Assembly (NCBI GenBank): GCA_963695875.1
Contig: CAVOID010000009.1
Location: 1-64,000 of the forward strand
Source of the DNA: an uncultured delta proteobacterium
GTDB lineage: Bacteria > Desulfobacterota > Syntrophia > Syntrophales > UBA2185
Direction of reading: 5' to 3'
Length of the DNA: 64,000 nt
Under the pieces are notes generated by a model that did no database searches, was not told the origin of the DNA, and was given only the letters and a program-made list of their open reading frames with translations. Numbering within the stretch: position 1 is the stretch's first letter; each line of letters begins with the position of its first letter. Below, in pieces: positions 51,770-62,060 of the stretch. A program made the position numbers and the translations under genes.

Positions 51770-53134
51770 TCATAAATTGGACAATTTATATTCATGCAAC
51801 TTATTGCGCATGGTGCGAACACTGATACCTAGAATCTTTGACGCCTTTGTTTTATTCCCATTAACCTCTTTAAGCGTTTCAACAATCAGGTTCTTTTCCA
51901 TCTCCCATAAAGTCGAGCCTTTAAGGGAAACAGTAGCTGAATCAACATCTACATATACCCTTTCATCCTTTTCCAGGTGCAAATGCTCCGGTTGTACCGC
52001 ACCCCTGTCCGCTATCAATACGGCCCTCTCGATAACATTTTCCAGCTCCCTGACATTTCCAGGCCATGTATAGCTCTTTAATAAGGCCTCGGCCTCATCA
52101 GACAAGGCAGGTTTCTTTCCTATAAGTTCACTATATTTCCTAAGAAAATAATTGCTGAGCAAAGGAATATCACTCATCCTATTCCTGAGTGACGGTATTG
52201 TAACCGGAATGACATTTAGCCGGTAAAAGAGATCCTCCCTGAACTTTTTTTCTGAAATGTCTTTTTTTAAGTCTGAGTTTGTCGTTGCAATAATCCTTAC
52301 GTTAACGGAAATAGGTTCCCTTCCCCCCAATCTATCGATTTCTCCCTCCTGAATAGCCCTGAGAAGTTTTGCCTGGAGCTGCATGTCCATCTCGCTAATC
52401 TCATCCAGTAATAAGGTCCCCCCATCAGCCAGTTCGAATTTTCCCAACCTTCTCTGCAACGCACCGGTAAAAGCCCCTCTTTCGTACCCGAACATTTCAC
52501 TTTCAAGAAGATTATGCGGAACGGCTGCACAGTTAACTGCAACAAACGGCATGTGGGATCTATTACTGTGACGATGAATATAACGGGCAAATAACTCCTT
52601 ACCCGTACCACTTTCACCTTGAATCAAAACACTGGATTTGCTTTTTGACACACACTTAAGTAATTCCAGTAGCGATATCATTTTTTTATCGCAAGTGATA
52701 ATCTCTTTAAAAGATAATCGAGTTTCTTCTTCATCTTTTTGATCACCTTCGTTATTTTCACGTCTCGAAAATACATTTTTTACAACCGACTCAAGATCGT
52801 CAATGGAAAAGGGCTTCATAATAAAATCAGATGCTCCTTCCTTCATCGCCTGAACAGCAGTATTGACAGTTCCATAAGCAGTTATCACAATGACATGCGT
52901 TTCCGGTGAAATCTTTTTGATACCCCGAAGTACCTCAATTCCACCAACCTTCGGCATTCGCATATCTGTAATAACAACATCAAATTTTCCTTTATTAAAT
53001 TTTGTCAGGGCATCTGCTCCATCAACGGCGGCTTCCACTTGATACCCGCAGCTCAACAGAGATTCGGATAAGGCCATCCTCATGGATGGATCATCATCAA
53101 CTACTAAAACCGGTCTCTTATTCATGTCTATCAC
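51770..53134 (-). CDS. sigma54-dependent response regulator (FlrC/FleR-like)
   Basis: REC (VVDDD, ITDMRMP, MKPF); [32 protein letters not shown]; Fis HTH. Confidence 0.92.
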   Translation of the reverse strand: MIDMNKRPVLVVDDDPSMRMALSESLLSCGYQVEAAVDGADALTKFNKGKFDVVITDMRMPKVGGIEVLRGIKKISPETHVIVITAYGTVNTAVQAMKEGASDFIMKPFSIDDLESVVKNVFSRRENNEGDQKDEEETRLSFKEIITCDKKMISLLELLKCVSKSKSSVLIQGESGTGKELFARYIHRHSNRSHMPFVAVNCAAVPHNLLESEMFGYERGAFTGALQRRLGKFELADGGTLLLDEISEMDMQLQAKLLRAIQEGEIDRLGGREPISVNVRIIATTNSDLKKDISEKKFREDLFYRLNVIPVTIPSLRNRMSDIPLLSNYFLRKYSELIGKKPALSDEAEALLKSYTWPGNVRELENVIERAVLIADRGAVQPEHLHLEKDERVYVDVDSATVSLKGSTLWEMEKNLIVETLKEVNGNKTKASKILGISVRTMRNKLHEYKLSNL

Positions 53135-53174
53135 CTAAGATATTCAAACTATCTGCGACTTCAGACTTCCGTGT

Positions 53175-54404
53175 CTATTGAATAACTGGAAGGAGGATGC
53201 TGAAAACTGTTCCTTCTTTTTCTTTACTTTCTACATCGATCGACCCATTATGAACATGGACAATATTATGGACAATGGCAAGACCCAGGCCTGATCCCCT
53301 TTCCCTGGTACTGAAAAAAGGATCAAATATCTTTTTGAGATTCTCCCTTGGAATGCCTACTCCTGTATCAGAGATCCTGACTTCAACGTTCCTATCAACT
53401 GTAGAAACTCCTTCTCGATCACGAGATATAATTGTTTCAATCCTGAGAGATCCCCCATCCATCATGGCCTGTATGGAGTTTAATAAAATATTGAGGAATA
53501 CTTGCTTAAGCATCTCTGCATCCCCTCTTACATAGGGCTCAACGCCTGAATAACTCACCGATAGCGTTATGCCTTCCTGTTTGATAATAGGATCAGAAAA
53601 ATGAAGCACTTCCTTCATTATGCGATGAAGATTAATATTCCTCATCACGGGATTTTTTTGTGTGGTGAACATCAGGAGGTTTGAAATTTTATTGTCCATA
53701 TTTTTTACTGAAGTAATAATATGTGACAATCTACCTTGATAATTCTTATCTTTCAGATCCTTCATTAACAACGAAGCAAACAATTCTATGCTGCCAAGAG
53801 GATTTCTTATTTCATGAGCGATGTTCGCTGCCATCTCACCCATAGCGACAAGTTTTTCCGTTCGCTTTGCCATTTCTTCCAGTTTCTCGATCCTGGTAAT
53901 ATCACGCAGTATAAAGACAGTCCCTATGATCTCCCCCTTCTCGGCCCTCATGGGAGAAACGAAAATCTCTATGACCCTGTCCTTCATATTTACTTTTTTC
54001 CCGGCGTCTGCTAGGTATTCAGTACGGGGGAACACTTTCCAGTCCGCGATATTCAAGTCATCAAATAATAACTTTATGTCCTTCCCGGCGACCTTATCCT
54101 GGGAGATGCCAAAAAATATCTCAGCGCACCTGTTCAATGTCGTAATTTGCCCGTCGAGATCCGTAACAACCACACCGTTGGTAAGGCTTTCAAGTATATT
54201 TCGCAGATAATTTTTTACCTTCTCTTTTTCCTCTATTGTCTGTTTAAGTTCCTCATTTTTTAATTCCAATTCCTTGTTTATTTGTTCAAACTTCTGCTCC
54301 AGATTGGCAAAGGCTTTCTGAAGCCGCGTAGTTGCTTGATTGAATTCATTAAAGGATTTTTGTAAGAAAAGATATTGGTCGCCTGCAATTTCTGAATTAT
54401 TCAT
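53175..54404 (-). CDS. cytoplasmic PAS sensor histidine kinase (FlrB/FleS-like)
   Basis: N-terminal coiled coil, PAS, AHEIRNPLG, FLNILLNS, DTGVG, PFFST..GSGLGL. Confidence 0.92.
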   Translation of the reverse strand: MNNSEIAGDQYLFLQKSFNEFNQATTRLQKAFANLEQKFEQINKELELKNEELKQTIEEKEKVKNYLRNILESLTNGVVVTDLDGQITTLNRCAEIFFGISQDKVAGKDIKLLFDDLNIADWKVFPRTEYLADAGKKVNMKDRVIEIFVSPMRAEKGEIIGTVFILRDITRIEKLEEMAKRTEKLVAMGEMAANIAHEIRNPLGSIELFASLLMKDLKDKNYQGRLSHIITSVKNMDNKISNLLMFTTQKNPVMRNINLHRIMKEVLHFSDPIIKQEGITLSVSYSGVEPYVRGDAEMLKQVFLNILLNSIQAMMDGGSLRIETIISRDREGVSTVDRNVEVRISDTGVGIPRENLKKIFDPFFSTRERGSGLGLAIVHNIVHVHNGSIDVESKEKEGTVFSILLPVIQ

Positions 54405-54436
54405 GATGATCCCATATTCTACATAACAGTTGTGCT

Positions 54437-56602
54437 TTAATTTCTGGACGAGGGATACTTTTCATTCCAGCTATATTCTCTTAAGGCGTAATCGGCAAGA
54501 GTTGACCAGAAACCTTCACCACCTTTGCTTTTCAATTCCAAGAAAGTCTTATCTACCATCTCAAGGTTTCTCAATTCTACGTACCCTTGCCCTATATTAT
54601 AGATTGACCATAAGCCTTCGGTACGCTTATCAAGCTTTGTCAGTGATTGCTTATACATGGATATCGCTTCCAGATATTTTTTTTCCTCAAACAGACAATC
54701 GCCAAGACCTCTATATGAATCAATCATGATTTTAATGGGGTACTTTTGATTTTCCCTGTTATAGACTTCTATGGCCTTTTGATAATTGACCTTCGCCAAT
54801 GGCAGCGAATTCATCGCCTTTAAACACTCAGCATAGTTTCGATAGACCGTAGCCATACCTTCAATCGCTTCGCCAGAATCCAAAACCTTGGCGTAGGCTT
54901 GTCCGGCCTTATCAAGCAGGCCCTTTTTGAAATAAACATTCCCCAGAATCCTGTTGATGTGCTTGTGTATGTTACCTTCAGACACTATAGGTTTCATCAC
55001 AACTTTACCCGGATATTTGCCCTTACGGCTGTGGGGGGTCAACCTTCTATCCGATTCTAACTGAGCCATCGACAACTGATGTAATACCCTCTCGACATTT
55101 TCATAATTTCCCCTTTCACAGTCTACGTCGGCAATAGCCAAAGCAATCTTATGCCTGTCAGCAGAACTCCCACAAGTTTTTAAAAGCTTTTCAAAGACTT
55201 CCATTGCTTCATCATAAAGTCCTACACGCCTGAGACTGTCACCCATATTGAATGCCATCTTAAAATTATCTCCGGAGATCAAACCGTTTTCCCGGGACTT
55301 AAAGTATATCTCTGAAACTGCCGGATAATCCCCCTTTGTATAATTTTCGTCTACCAACCACTCTGAAATCGCCAGGAAATACTTTAAGGCCTCTCCCTTA
55401 TATTTTCCCCGTGGAAACTGGCTCAGTAAACGACTACAGGTATCGAAGCTCTCTTTGTATCTACCATTTTTATACAGGACGTAACCCTTTTGAAACAGCA
55501 GCTCCTCAGCATAGTCACCCGATGGATGTCTTGCCAGTATATCATTATACGTCTTGAGCGGATCCTGATAATTCTGCATTCCATAGAAATGCCAGGGCAA
55601 TTTCATCCCCGGTTGCTTTACGCCTATATTGGCCATAATGATGGCGCTTTCTGAAGCTTCACGGCTGCTCGGAAATTTTTCTGTCAATAGGCTAAACATC
55701 TTGAGGGAAAGAGGAAGTTGATCCAGTTCCATAAACGAACGGGCAACGACAAAGAGAACTTCTTTGTAATTCTCTCTATCAGGATATACATTAATGTAAA
55801 AGAAAAAGATCTTCAGAGCATCGTGATATTTCATACTTTTAAAGTAATGATACCCCAGATTCAAGAGGATATCTTCGGGAATATTCCCCAAATCAGGCCA
55901 TTTTTTCAAGGCATCCCGATACCATCTTTCAGCTATCTCCTCCTGATGAATCTGAGAATAGCAATCACCGAGGTTAAAATAAGCTGTTTTTATGTATTCT
56001 CCCACAGGAAACTTATGAACATATTCTTCAAACTTTGCAGCAGCATCACTAAATTTCTTTGCTCTGTAAAGCATTTCAGCCATCCTGAATACACTCTCAG
56101 GAATATAAGGAGATTCGGGATACATGGCATAGAGATTTTCATACTCCCGCTTCGCTTCATAATAGAAATTTAAAGCCGCATAACTCTTCGCTACTCTATA
56201 TAAAGCGATAGCATTTTCATCACGAGAACCCGGGTATTTCTGCAAGATATTCTTATAAAGATCAACTGCGGTCATGAGGTCGTTATTATTCCCTTTTATA
56301 CCCAGGTAGAAATGACAGTCCGCTATACATCTCAGCACTTTTTCCTTCTTGGAAGATTCATCTGGCTCCTGTTGCAAAACCATTCTAAGCCTATCCAAAG
56401 CATCCGAATATCTACCCGATTGAAAGTCACTCATCGCCTGATTATATAAAGTATTGTCAGATTCTGTTCCATGGCTGACTGTTTTTGCCACCCCGGCCAG
56501 ACCTATATTTTTATCATGCTTATTACCATCACCGCCTTCAGTTATCCCGCTTAGCTGGCAAACAATAAATAATATTAATATGGATATTATGAATTTCTTC
56601 AT
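54437..56602 (-). CDS. large exported TPR protein
   Basis: Signal peptide MKKFIISILILF; many BamD/YbgF-like TPR units (Y...L..YP.S). Confidence 0.85.
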   Translation of the reverse strand: MKKFIISILILFIVCQLSGITEGGDGNKHDKNIGLAGVAKTVSHGTESDNTLYNQAMSDFQSGRYSDALDRLRMVLQQEPDESSKKEKVLRCIADCHFYLGIKGNNNDLMTAVDLYKNILQKYPGSRDENAIALYRVAKSYAALNFYYEAKREYENLYAMYPESPYIPESVFRMAEMLYRAKKFSDAAAKFEEYVHKFPVGEYIKTAYFNLGDCYSQIHQEEIAERWYRDALKKWPDLGNIPEDILLNLGYHYFKSMKYHDALKIFFFYINVYPDRENYKEVLFVVARSFMELDQLPLSLKMFSLLTEKFPSSREASESAIIMANIGVKQPGMKLPWHFYGMQNYQDPLKTYNDILARHPSGDYAEELLFQKGYVLYKNGRYKESFDTCSRLLSQFPRGKYKGEALKYFLAISEWLVDENYTKGDYPAVSEIYFKSRENGLISGDNFKMAFNMGDSLRRVGLYDEAMEVFEKLLKTCGSSADRHKIALAIADVDCERGNYENVERVLHQLSMAQLESDRRLTPHSRKGKYPGKVVMKPIVSEGNIHKHINRILGNVYFKKGLLDKAGQAYAKVLDSGEAIEGMATVYRNYAECLKAMNSLPLAKVNYQKAIEVYNRENQKYPIKIMIDSYRGLGDCLFEEKKYLEAISMYKQSLTKLDKRTEGLWSIYNIGQGYVELRNLEMVDKTFLELKSKGGEGFWSTLADYALREYSWNEKYPSSRN

Positions 56603-56740
56603 ACTTAAAATTTACAACATCTTGACAATGTGACCTGAATTGCTTTTAACTATTCAACATTCAATGTCTCCAATAACGACGACAGCTAGGACTAACAATC
56701 TAATTGATGTGTTTTTGTTGATATACCAGCTACAAACCTC

Positions 56741-56756
56741 AGCAATTTATATACCA
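56741..56756 (-). promoter_or_regulatory. sigma54 promoter of TPR-kinase-regulator operon
   Basis: TGGTAT-ATAAA-TTGCT. Confidence 0.82.
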
Positions 56757-56947
56757 TCTGTCTATAACTGCTTATTTCTTATAATAAACAGAAGCTTAAA
56801 AGAGTCTCATCTTTCCATCGAATTACTCTTTTACAAATCACTGATGTCAAATAGCCATCATTTTAGCCAAATTTTTGACCGAAACGTCTTCTGCTATTTC
56901 GGCCTTATAAAATATGGTTCATCTCGAAAACATTTGCTGGTAAATTC

Positions 56948-57123
56948 GGGATTCAGGGGGCCAAGAGATCAAGTATTTAAGTGAAATGCTTAGAAAATGC
57001 GCAGAAAGCTATGAGCTGTCAGTTGAAAGCTGAAAAAAGGATGTTGATAAAGAAGAGTGGATTCTCGAGGCACTTATAAATTCACCAGAAAACAAACACT
57101 CGAACCCTTGAATCCTCGGATCC
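56948..57123 (+). pseudogene. internally deleted four-helix-bundle (23S rRNA IVP/Avd-like) gene relic with inverted octamer-repeat flanks
   Basis: 56986-57111 reads MLRKCAESYELSVES*KKDVDKEEWILEALINSPENKHSNP*; flanks GGATTCAGGGGGCCAAG.. and ..CTCGAACCCTTGAATCCTCGGATCC. Confidence 0.6.
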
Positions 57124-57220
57124 TTTTTATAACTAGATAGGAGAAGATTCTTTAATTTTGTATTCGTTTTTTTTAAGCGGGATAAAGACTAAATGGTATG
57201 AACTCTAAAACCAGTATAAC

Positions 57221-58601
57221 CTACTGGCTGATTTTAAACCTCTTTAATTTCTCAACAAAAGTTGTTCTATTTAAGTTCAGCAATTTTGCAGCCCTGTTTT
57301 TTGCACCCCCGGCTTTTTCCAGAGCCCGGGAAAGCAAGTCCTTTTCGAGGTTATCAATAAGGTCGTTATAATTGATTCCATTATCCGTTATTTCTATACC
57401 GTTGATAAAACTCCCCGCAGGGGACAACATTACTATTTTATCAGGAAGATCTGCAACCTCAATATTACCCTCCTCCTTCAAAACAACAATCATCTCTATC
57501 AAATTCTCAAGTTCTCTCACATTTCCGGGCCATGGATACCTCAGCAGGTATTCCATTGCTTCAGGAACGATTTGTTCTACGGCCTTTCTCTTTAGCTTAT
57601 CAAATTTTCGTAAAAAATGATTAGCCAACATCGGTATATCAACCCTTCTCTCTCGCAACGGAGGAAGATGAATAGGTATCACGTTAATTCGATAAAACAG
57701 ATCTTCCCGGAATCTCTTTTCTGCTATGGCTTTTTCCAAATCCTGGTTTGTTGCGGCAATAATCCTTACATCGACCTGCAGTGTCTTAACTCCCCCAATG
57801 CGCTCAAATTGCTTCTCCTGAAGTACCCTTAAGACCTTCACCTGCAGTGCAGGACTCATATCTCCGATCTCATCAAGAAATATTGTCCCTCCGTTGGCCA
57901 ATTCAAATCTGCCGATTCTGCTGCGGATGGCCCCAGTAAAAGCGCCCTTTTCATGGCCAAACAACTCACTTTCAAGAAGTTCTTCAGGAATGGCTCCACA
58001 GTTTACGGCGACGAGGGGAGAATTGATTCTTTCACTGTTGAAATGTATAGCCCTGGCAACCAATTCTTTTCCCGTACCGCTTTCACCGTAAATCATAACC
58101 GTACTGTCAGAAGAAGCAACTTTTTCAATCGTATCAAAGATCTTTTTCATCCCGTCACTGTAACCGATCATATTGCTCAAAATCGTACTTCTTTTTCAAA
58201 TTTCTCTTGAGCGCAATATTTTCTTCTCTGAGTTTCGCATAGGATAATGCTCTTTCAATTGTCAATGTCACAAGATCATCCTTCAACGGTTTTGTAATGT
58301 AGTCAAATGCGCCGAGCTTCATTGCTTCTACTGCTGTGTTTATGGTACCGTGACCGGTGATGATAATAACAATATTTTCGGGATTAATCTCTTGGATAAA
58401 CTCTAAAAGCTGAAGACCATCCAGATTTGGCATCTTTAAATCAGTAATTACAAGGTCATACTTATCTTCAATAAAGGCATCCCTGGCTTGTCTGCCATCT
58501 TCTACAGCCATAACTTCATAGCCATGTCTTCTCAGCACTTCAGAAAGATTCTCCCTGCTGAGTTCGTGGTCCTCAGCAATCAATATCTTCGCTTTTTTCA
58601 T
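57221..58601 (-). CDS. sigma54-dependent response regulator (candidate master flagellar activator); +1 frameshift near 58178
   Basis: REC (IAEDH, ITDLKMP, ITKP); [48 protein letters not shown]. Confidence 0.9.
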
Positions 58602-58765
58602 AAAACATTCTTCAAGGTAGTTCTTAATTATGACGATATAAAAAATAGCTGCTGCTTAATAAGATAAATATGAACAAAAATAAGCCAATAGTCAAACAGA
58701 ATATTAACATAATAGTCATTTATAATTAAGTTTTTATAACCTTAATTTATTATACAAAAAAGAGC

Positions 58766-58792
58766 TAAAGTTTTTTGATTTTTTTCCGATAA
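58766..58792 (+). promoter_or_regulatory. sigma28 promoter
   Basis: TAAAGTTT-N11-TCCGATAA. Confidence 0.85.
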
Positions 58793-58834
58793 AATAGACG
58801 AAGGATTCTAACAAATGTGTAGCAGGGTTGAACG

Positions 58835-59044
58835 ATGACAATTTCATCTTACCAGATTGATAATATACTAAAGGCATACAGCAAACATAACAAAATCAAA
58901 GCTGGTACATTACCGCAACCAGAGACTGCAAGCGGAGAAAAGTATGTCGATGTAGTCACTCTGGACTCCACAGACAAAACAGCTGTTTACGATAAAATTT
59001 CATACAGCTTGATGGAAATCCTTCTTAAATCCAATAAAAAATAA
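58835..59044 (+). CDS. small protein resembling the DVU0524 FlgM-associated family
   Basis: MTISSYQIDNILKAYSK N-terminus and D.VTL.S motif; directly after a sigma28 promoter; family assignment from memory. Confidence 0.7.
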   Translation: MTISSYQIDNILKAYSKHNKIKAGTLPQPETASGEKYVDVVTLDSTDKTAVYDKISYSLMEILLKSNKK

Positions 59045-59063
59045 TATCTGAGAGCAATATCCT

Positions 59064-60563
59064 GTGCTTTTTTCCGCAGAAAACATGCAAGATAAATTAT
59101 GCCTGCATAAGATGAATGGCAGCTCCGTGGAAAAACAATCTATACTGGTCGTTGATGACGATATTGCAACCAGATCGCTTATTGTAGATGCCATCAGTCA
59201 GTCAGGAAACTATCGAGTAATTGAGGCTTGCGATGGCGTTGATGGTCTGGAAAAGTTGGAGGAGAACCACTTTGACCTTGTAATATGCGATATCATGATG
59301 CCCGGCATGAATGGCATGGACCTTCTGGATAGGATCAGAGAAATTAATCCTACGACGCATGTTATTCTAATTACTGCGTATCCCACAATCGACCTTACCG
59401 TCTCAGCAATAAAGACCGGCGCAGTAGATTTTCTGGCAAAACCATTTAACATCGATGACCTGCTGTGCAAAGTCGATGTCTATTTAAGGGCAAAAAACAT
59501 GTTTGGTGAATACACTAGCCAAACAATATCTCCCGTATTAACCAATAAAATAAGTGAGTTATCTACACGAAGTTATATATATGACACAATTGAACATACA
59601 AAAAACAATGATGAAATCTTTCAGGAAATGGTTAATTTAGCCCTCAAGGTCATTGGCGGGGAGGCTTGCTCCATCCTGTTATATGATAAAGATCATCAGG
59701 AATTTGATGCCATTGTTGTAAAAGGAGTATCGCAATCTATTTTCAAAAGCATAACCATACAATCAATCTATCCTATCCTTAAAGAAACAGTCCGCAGAAA
59801 AGATCCATTACTTTTAAATCTTATTGAGAATACGACATATTCATCTGTGATATGTGCTCCTTTAAAAATGAGAGACCAAGTCTTTGGTGTCATAGCTCTT
59901 TCAGGAAAGAGTAACGAACATGTATATACGGAAAGAGACCTTTACTATATTCAGAGCATCGCTAACAGAGCGTCTCTTAATATAGAAAACAGGCTTCTGT
60001 ATGAAAGTTTGTATACGAATCTTCTAAGTACCTTCCAATCTCTTGTCACATCAATTCAGGCCCGTGATTATTATACGGAAGAACATTCTATGAGGGTAAA
60101 GGCTCTTGTCATTAGAATCGCGGAAGCCATGAACTGCTCTCCTCATGAAATAGAATCGCTAAAGATAGCGTCAACCCTACACGATGTAGGAAAAATCTCG
60201 ATACCAGATAATATCCTGCTTAAACCTGGAAGGCTTACAGAAGGAGAATTCGACGTTATTAAGAACCACCCCGTTATTGGAGAAAATATTCTGAAGCCGC
60301 TTCCGATTTTAGATACTGAAAGATTAATAATCCGTCATCACCACGAACGATGGGATGGTACAGGATATCCCGACGGTCTTCATGGTTCTGATATTCCTTT
60401 TCTCTCCAGAATTATAACCGTTGTAGATGCCTTTGACGCCATGACAAACAACCGCCCATATCGAAAGGCAATGACAATAAAAGAAGCCGTCTCCGAGTTG
60501 AAGAAAAACATTAATCATCAGTTCGACGAAGAAATCGTAAACTGCTTTACAAAAATTTTATAG
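59064..60563 (+). CDS. REC-GAF-HD-GYP cyclic dinucleotide phosphodiesterase
   Basis: ILVVDDD..ICDIMMP..AKPF; GAF (CSILL, CAPL..VFGVI); HDVGK, HHERWDGTGYPDGL, DAFDAMT..RPYR. Confidence 0.93.
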   Translation: MLFSAENMQDKLCLHKMNGSSVEKQSILVVDDDIATRSLIVDAISQSGNYRVIEACDGVDGLEKLEENHFDLVICDIMMPGMNGMDLLDRIREINPTTHVILITAYPTIDLTVSAIKTGAVDFLAKPFNIDDLLCKVDVYLRAKNMFGEYTSQTISPVLTNKISELSTRSYIYDTIEHTKNNDEIFQEMVNLALKVIGGEACSILLYDKDHQEFDAIVVKGVSQSIFKSITIQSIYPILKETVRRKDPLLLNLIENTTYSSVICAPLKMRDQVFGVIALSGKSNEHVYTERDLYYIQSIANRASLNIENRLLYESLYTNLLSTFQSLVTSIQARDYYTEEHSMRVKALVIRIAEAMNCSPHEIESLKIASTLHDVGKISIPDNILLKPGRLTEGEFDVIKNHPVIGENILKPLPILDTERLIIRHHHERWDGTGYPDGLHGSDIPFLSRIITVVDAFDAMTNNRPYRKAMTIKEAVSELKKNINHQFDEEIVNCFTKIL

Positions 60564-60595
60564 TGCACTATCTATGACAGCATCGTACAAGGCTG

Positions 60596-61753
60596 TCACT
60601 GTTTCTTTTTCTTCTTTTTAGGTGAAACCTGCTCGCTCTTCTGAATATAACTGCCAGGGTAATTGCTGTCTATACTCTTGTTTTTCATGTATTTCATAGC
60701 TTCCTCACGGCTGGCAAAATGACCTACTAAAATTCTGTATAACGTCCCACCACCTTTCATATTCATTTCAGACCAGTACGCATCGATGCCTTCTTCTTTG
60801 AGTACTTTTGAATACTCCCTTGCCATCTCAACACCTCGAACAGCTTTGATCTGTATTGCAAATGGCTTGAATAACTTGGGCTTGACATTATCTGAATTAG
60901 CCTTCTTCGAACGAGCAATTTTCAGGTCTTTTTCCGGGGAGCTCTTTGTATCCACTTTTTGCAAAGTCTCCTGTTTACTCCCTCCCGCTCCCGTAATTTC
61001 TTTATCAGTTTTCGTTGTACTGACGGTATCGGAGCTTTTTGCAGTCTCCGGTTTACTCGCTGCTTGTTCAGTGATTTCTTTAGCAATCTTTGCAGCACTG
61101 GCAGCATCAACACTCTGCGAAAAAGTTATCTCTCTTACAATCTCAACTCCAACGTCACGATTTATATGCGCCCAAACAGCACCCGCCTTTTTTGCACTCA
61201 TACGGAGCATAATTTCAGCAGCCATTTTCCTATCCATCTTCTCGAATATAGCTGCCGCCTTCTCGGGAGGAGTGACTTCGTACATCTTTGCCAGCATCTG
61301 GTATTTTTTGTCTTTCTCCGCTTTTTGAACTTCGAGTGACGGCGACATATTTTCCTGAAGAACCCTGAGCGTTTCCATCTTTTCAGCAACATCCTTTTTT
61401 AGCTCCTCGATTTTACGCTCTTCTTCTTTTAGCGCTTTCTCCCGATTATCAAGCTGTTTCTGCTTTTCCAGTAAATTATTCATCAGGCCTTTTTCATGAA
61501 CCGAGGGAGATTTTGTCTCGTCTATTACAGGGACCGTTTCAGTTGTCCGAGGCTGGGCATGCACGTGGTTAACGGACCATGAAAAAGTGCCAGAGCCACC
61601 CTTTTCTAGCACTTCGTCACCCACCGGAATAAACGTGAAAGTTGCAAGAGACATGAGCACCATCATGCCACAGCTAATGATTTTTCTTTTTATCTGTATT
61701 CTTTTATCCATAATACATCCTAGAAGGAATTTTCTGATAATGTGCTCATACAA
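60596..61753 (-). CDS. MotE-like domain fused to C-terminal SPOR domain
   Basis: TM, coiled coil, LAKMYEVTPPEKAAAIFEKMD..AAEI..RM..KKAG; linker; FAIQIKA..A...L...G.DAY...LYRILVGHF.SREEA. Confidence 0.82.
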   Translation of the reverse strand: MYEHIIRKFLLGCIMDKRIQIKRKIISCGMMVLMSLATFTFIPVGDEVLEKGGSGTFSWSVNHVHAQPRTTETVPVIDETKSPSVHEKGLMNNLLEKQKQLDNREKALKEEERKIEELKKDVAEKMETLRVLQENMSPSLEVQKAEKDKKYQMLAKMYEVTPPEKAAAIFEKMDRKMAAEIMLRMSAKKAGAVWAHINRDVGVEIVREITFSQSVDAASAAKIAKEITEQAASKPETAKSSDTVSTTKTDKEITGAGGSKQETLQKVDTKSSPEKDLKIARSKKANSDNVKPKLFKPFAIQIKAVRGVEMAREYSKVLKEEGIDAYWSEMNMKGGGTLYRILVGHFASREEAMKYMKNKSIDSNYPGSYIQKSEQVSPKKKKKKQ

Positions 61754-62060
61754 GATTTCAATCTCGTAATCAATGCCTTTTTGCTTTCTGAAAGTGTGAC
61801 ATAATAGTAAGCTCTCTTCAATGAAAATTTCTGATAATGGAATATAGATTCCGCAAAAGTTTCTCGTGTATTTTATCTTGACAACTTTTGCAAGTATCTA
61901 TAAATATACGACATAAATATATCAAATATTAGACGGAATCTCTCATTTCGATTTTTTCATCAATAAAAAAAATTCATTTTTTAAACAACAAGGATTAAGA
62001 GCAGGAATTTTAATTCAAAAAGGCAATTTTAGAATAATTTTTATGTGAAATGTATTTTAC

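Noticed and set aside
57031..57033. In-frame TGA as possible selenocysteine
   Set aside because: Lies in a deleted gene relic with no redox motif and no evident SECIS hairpin.
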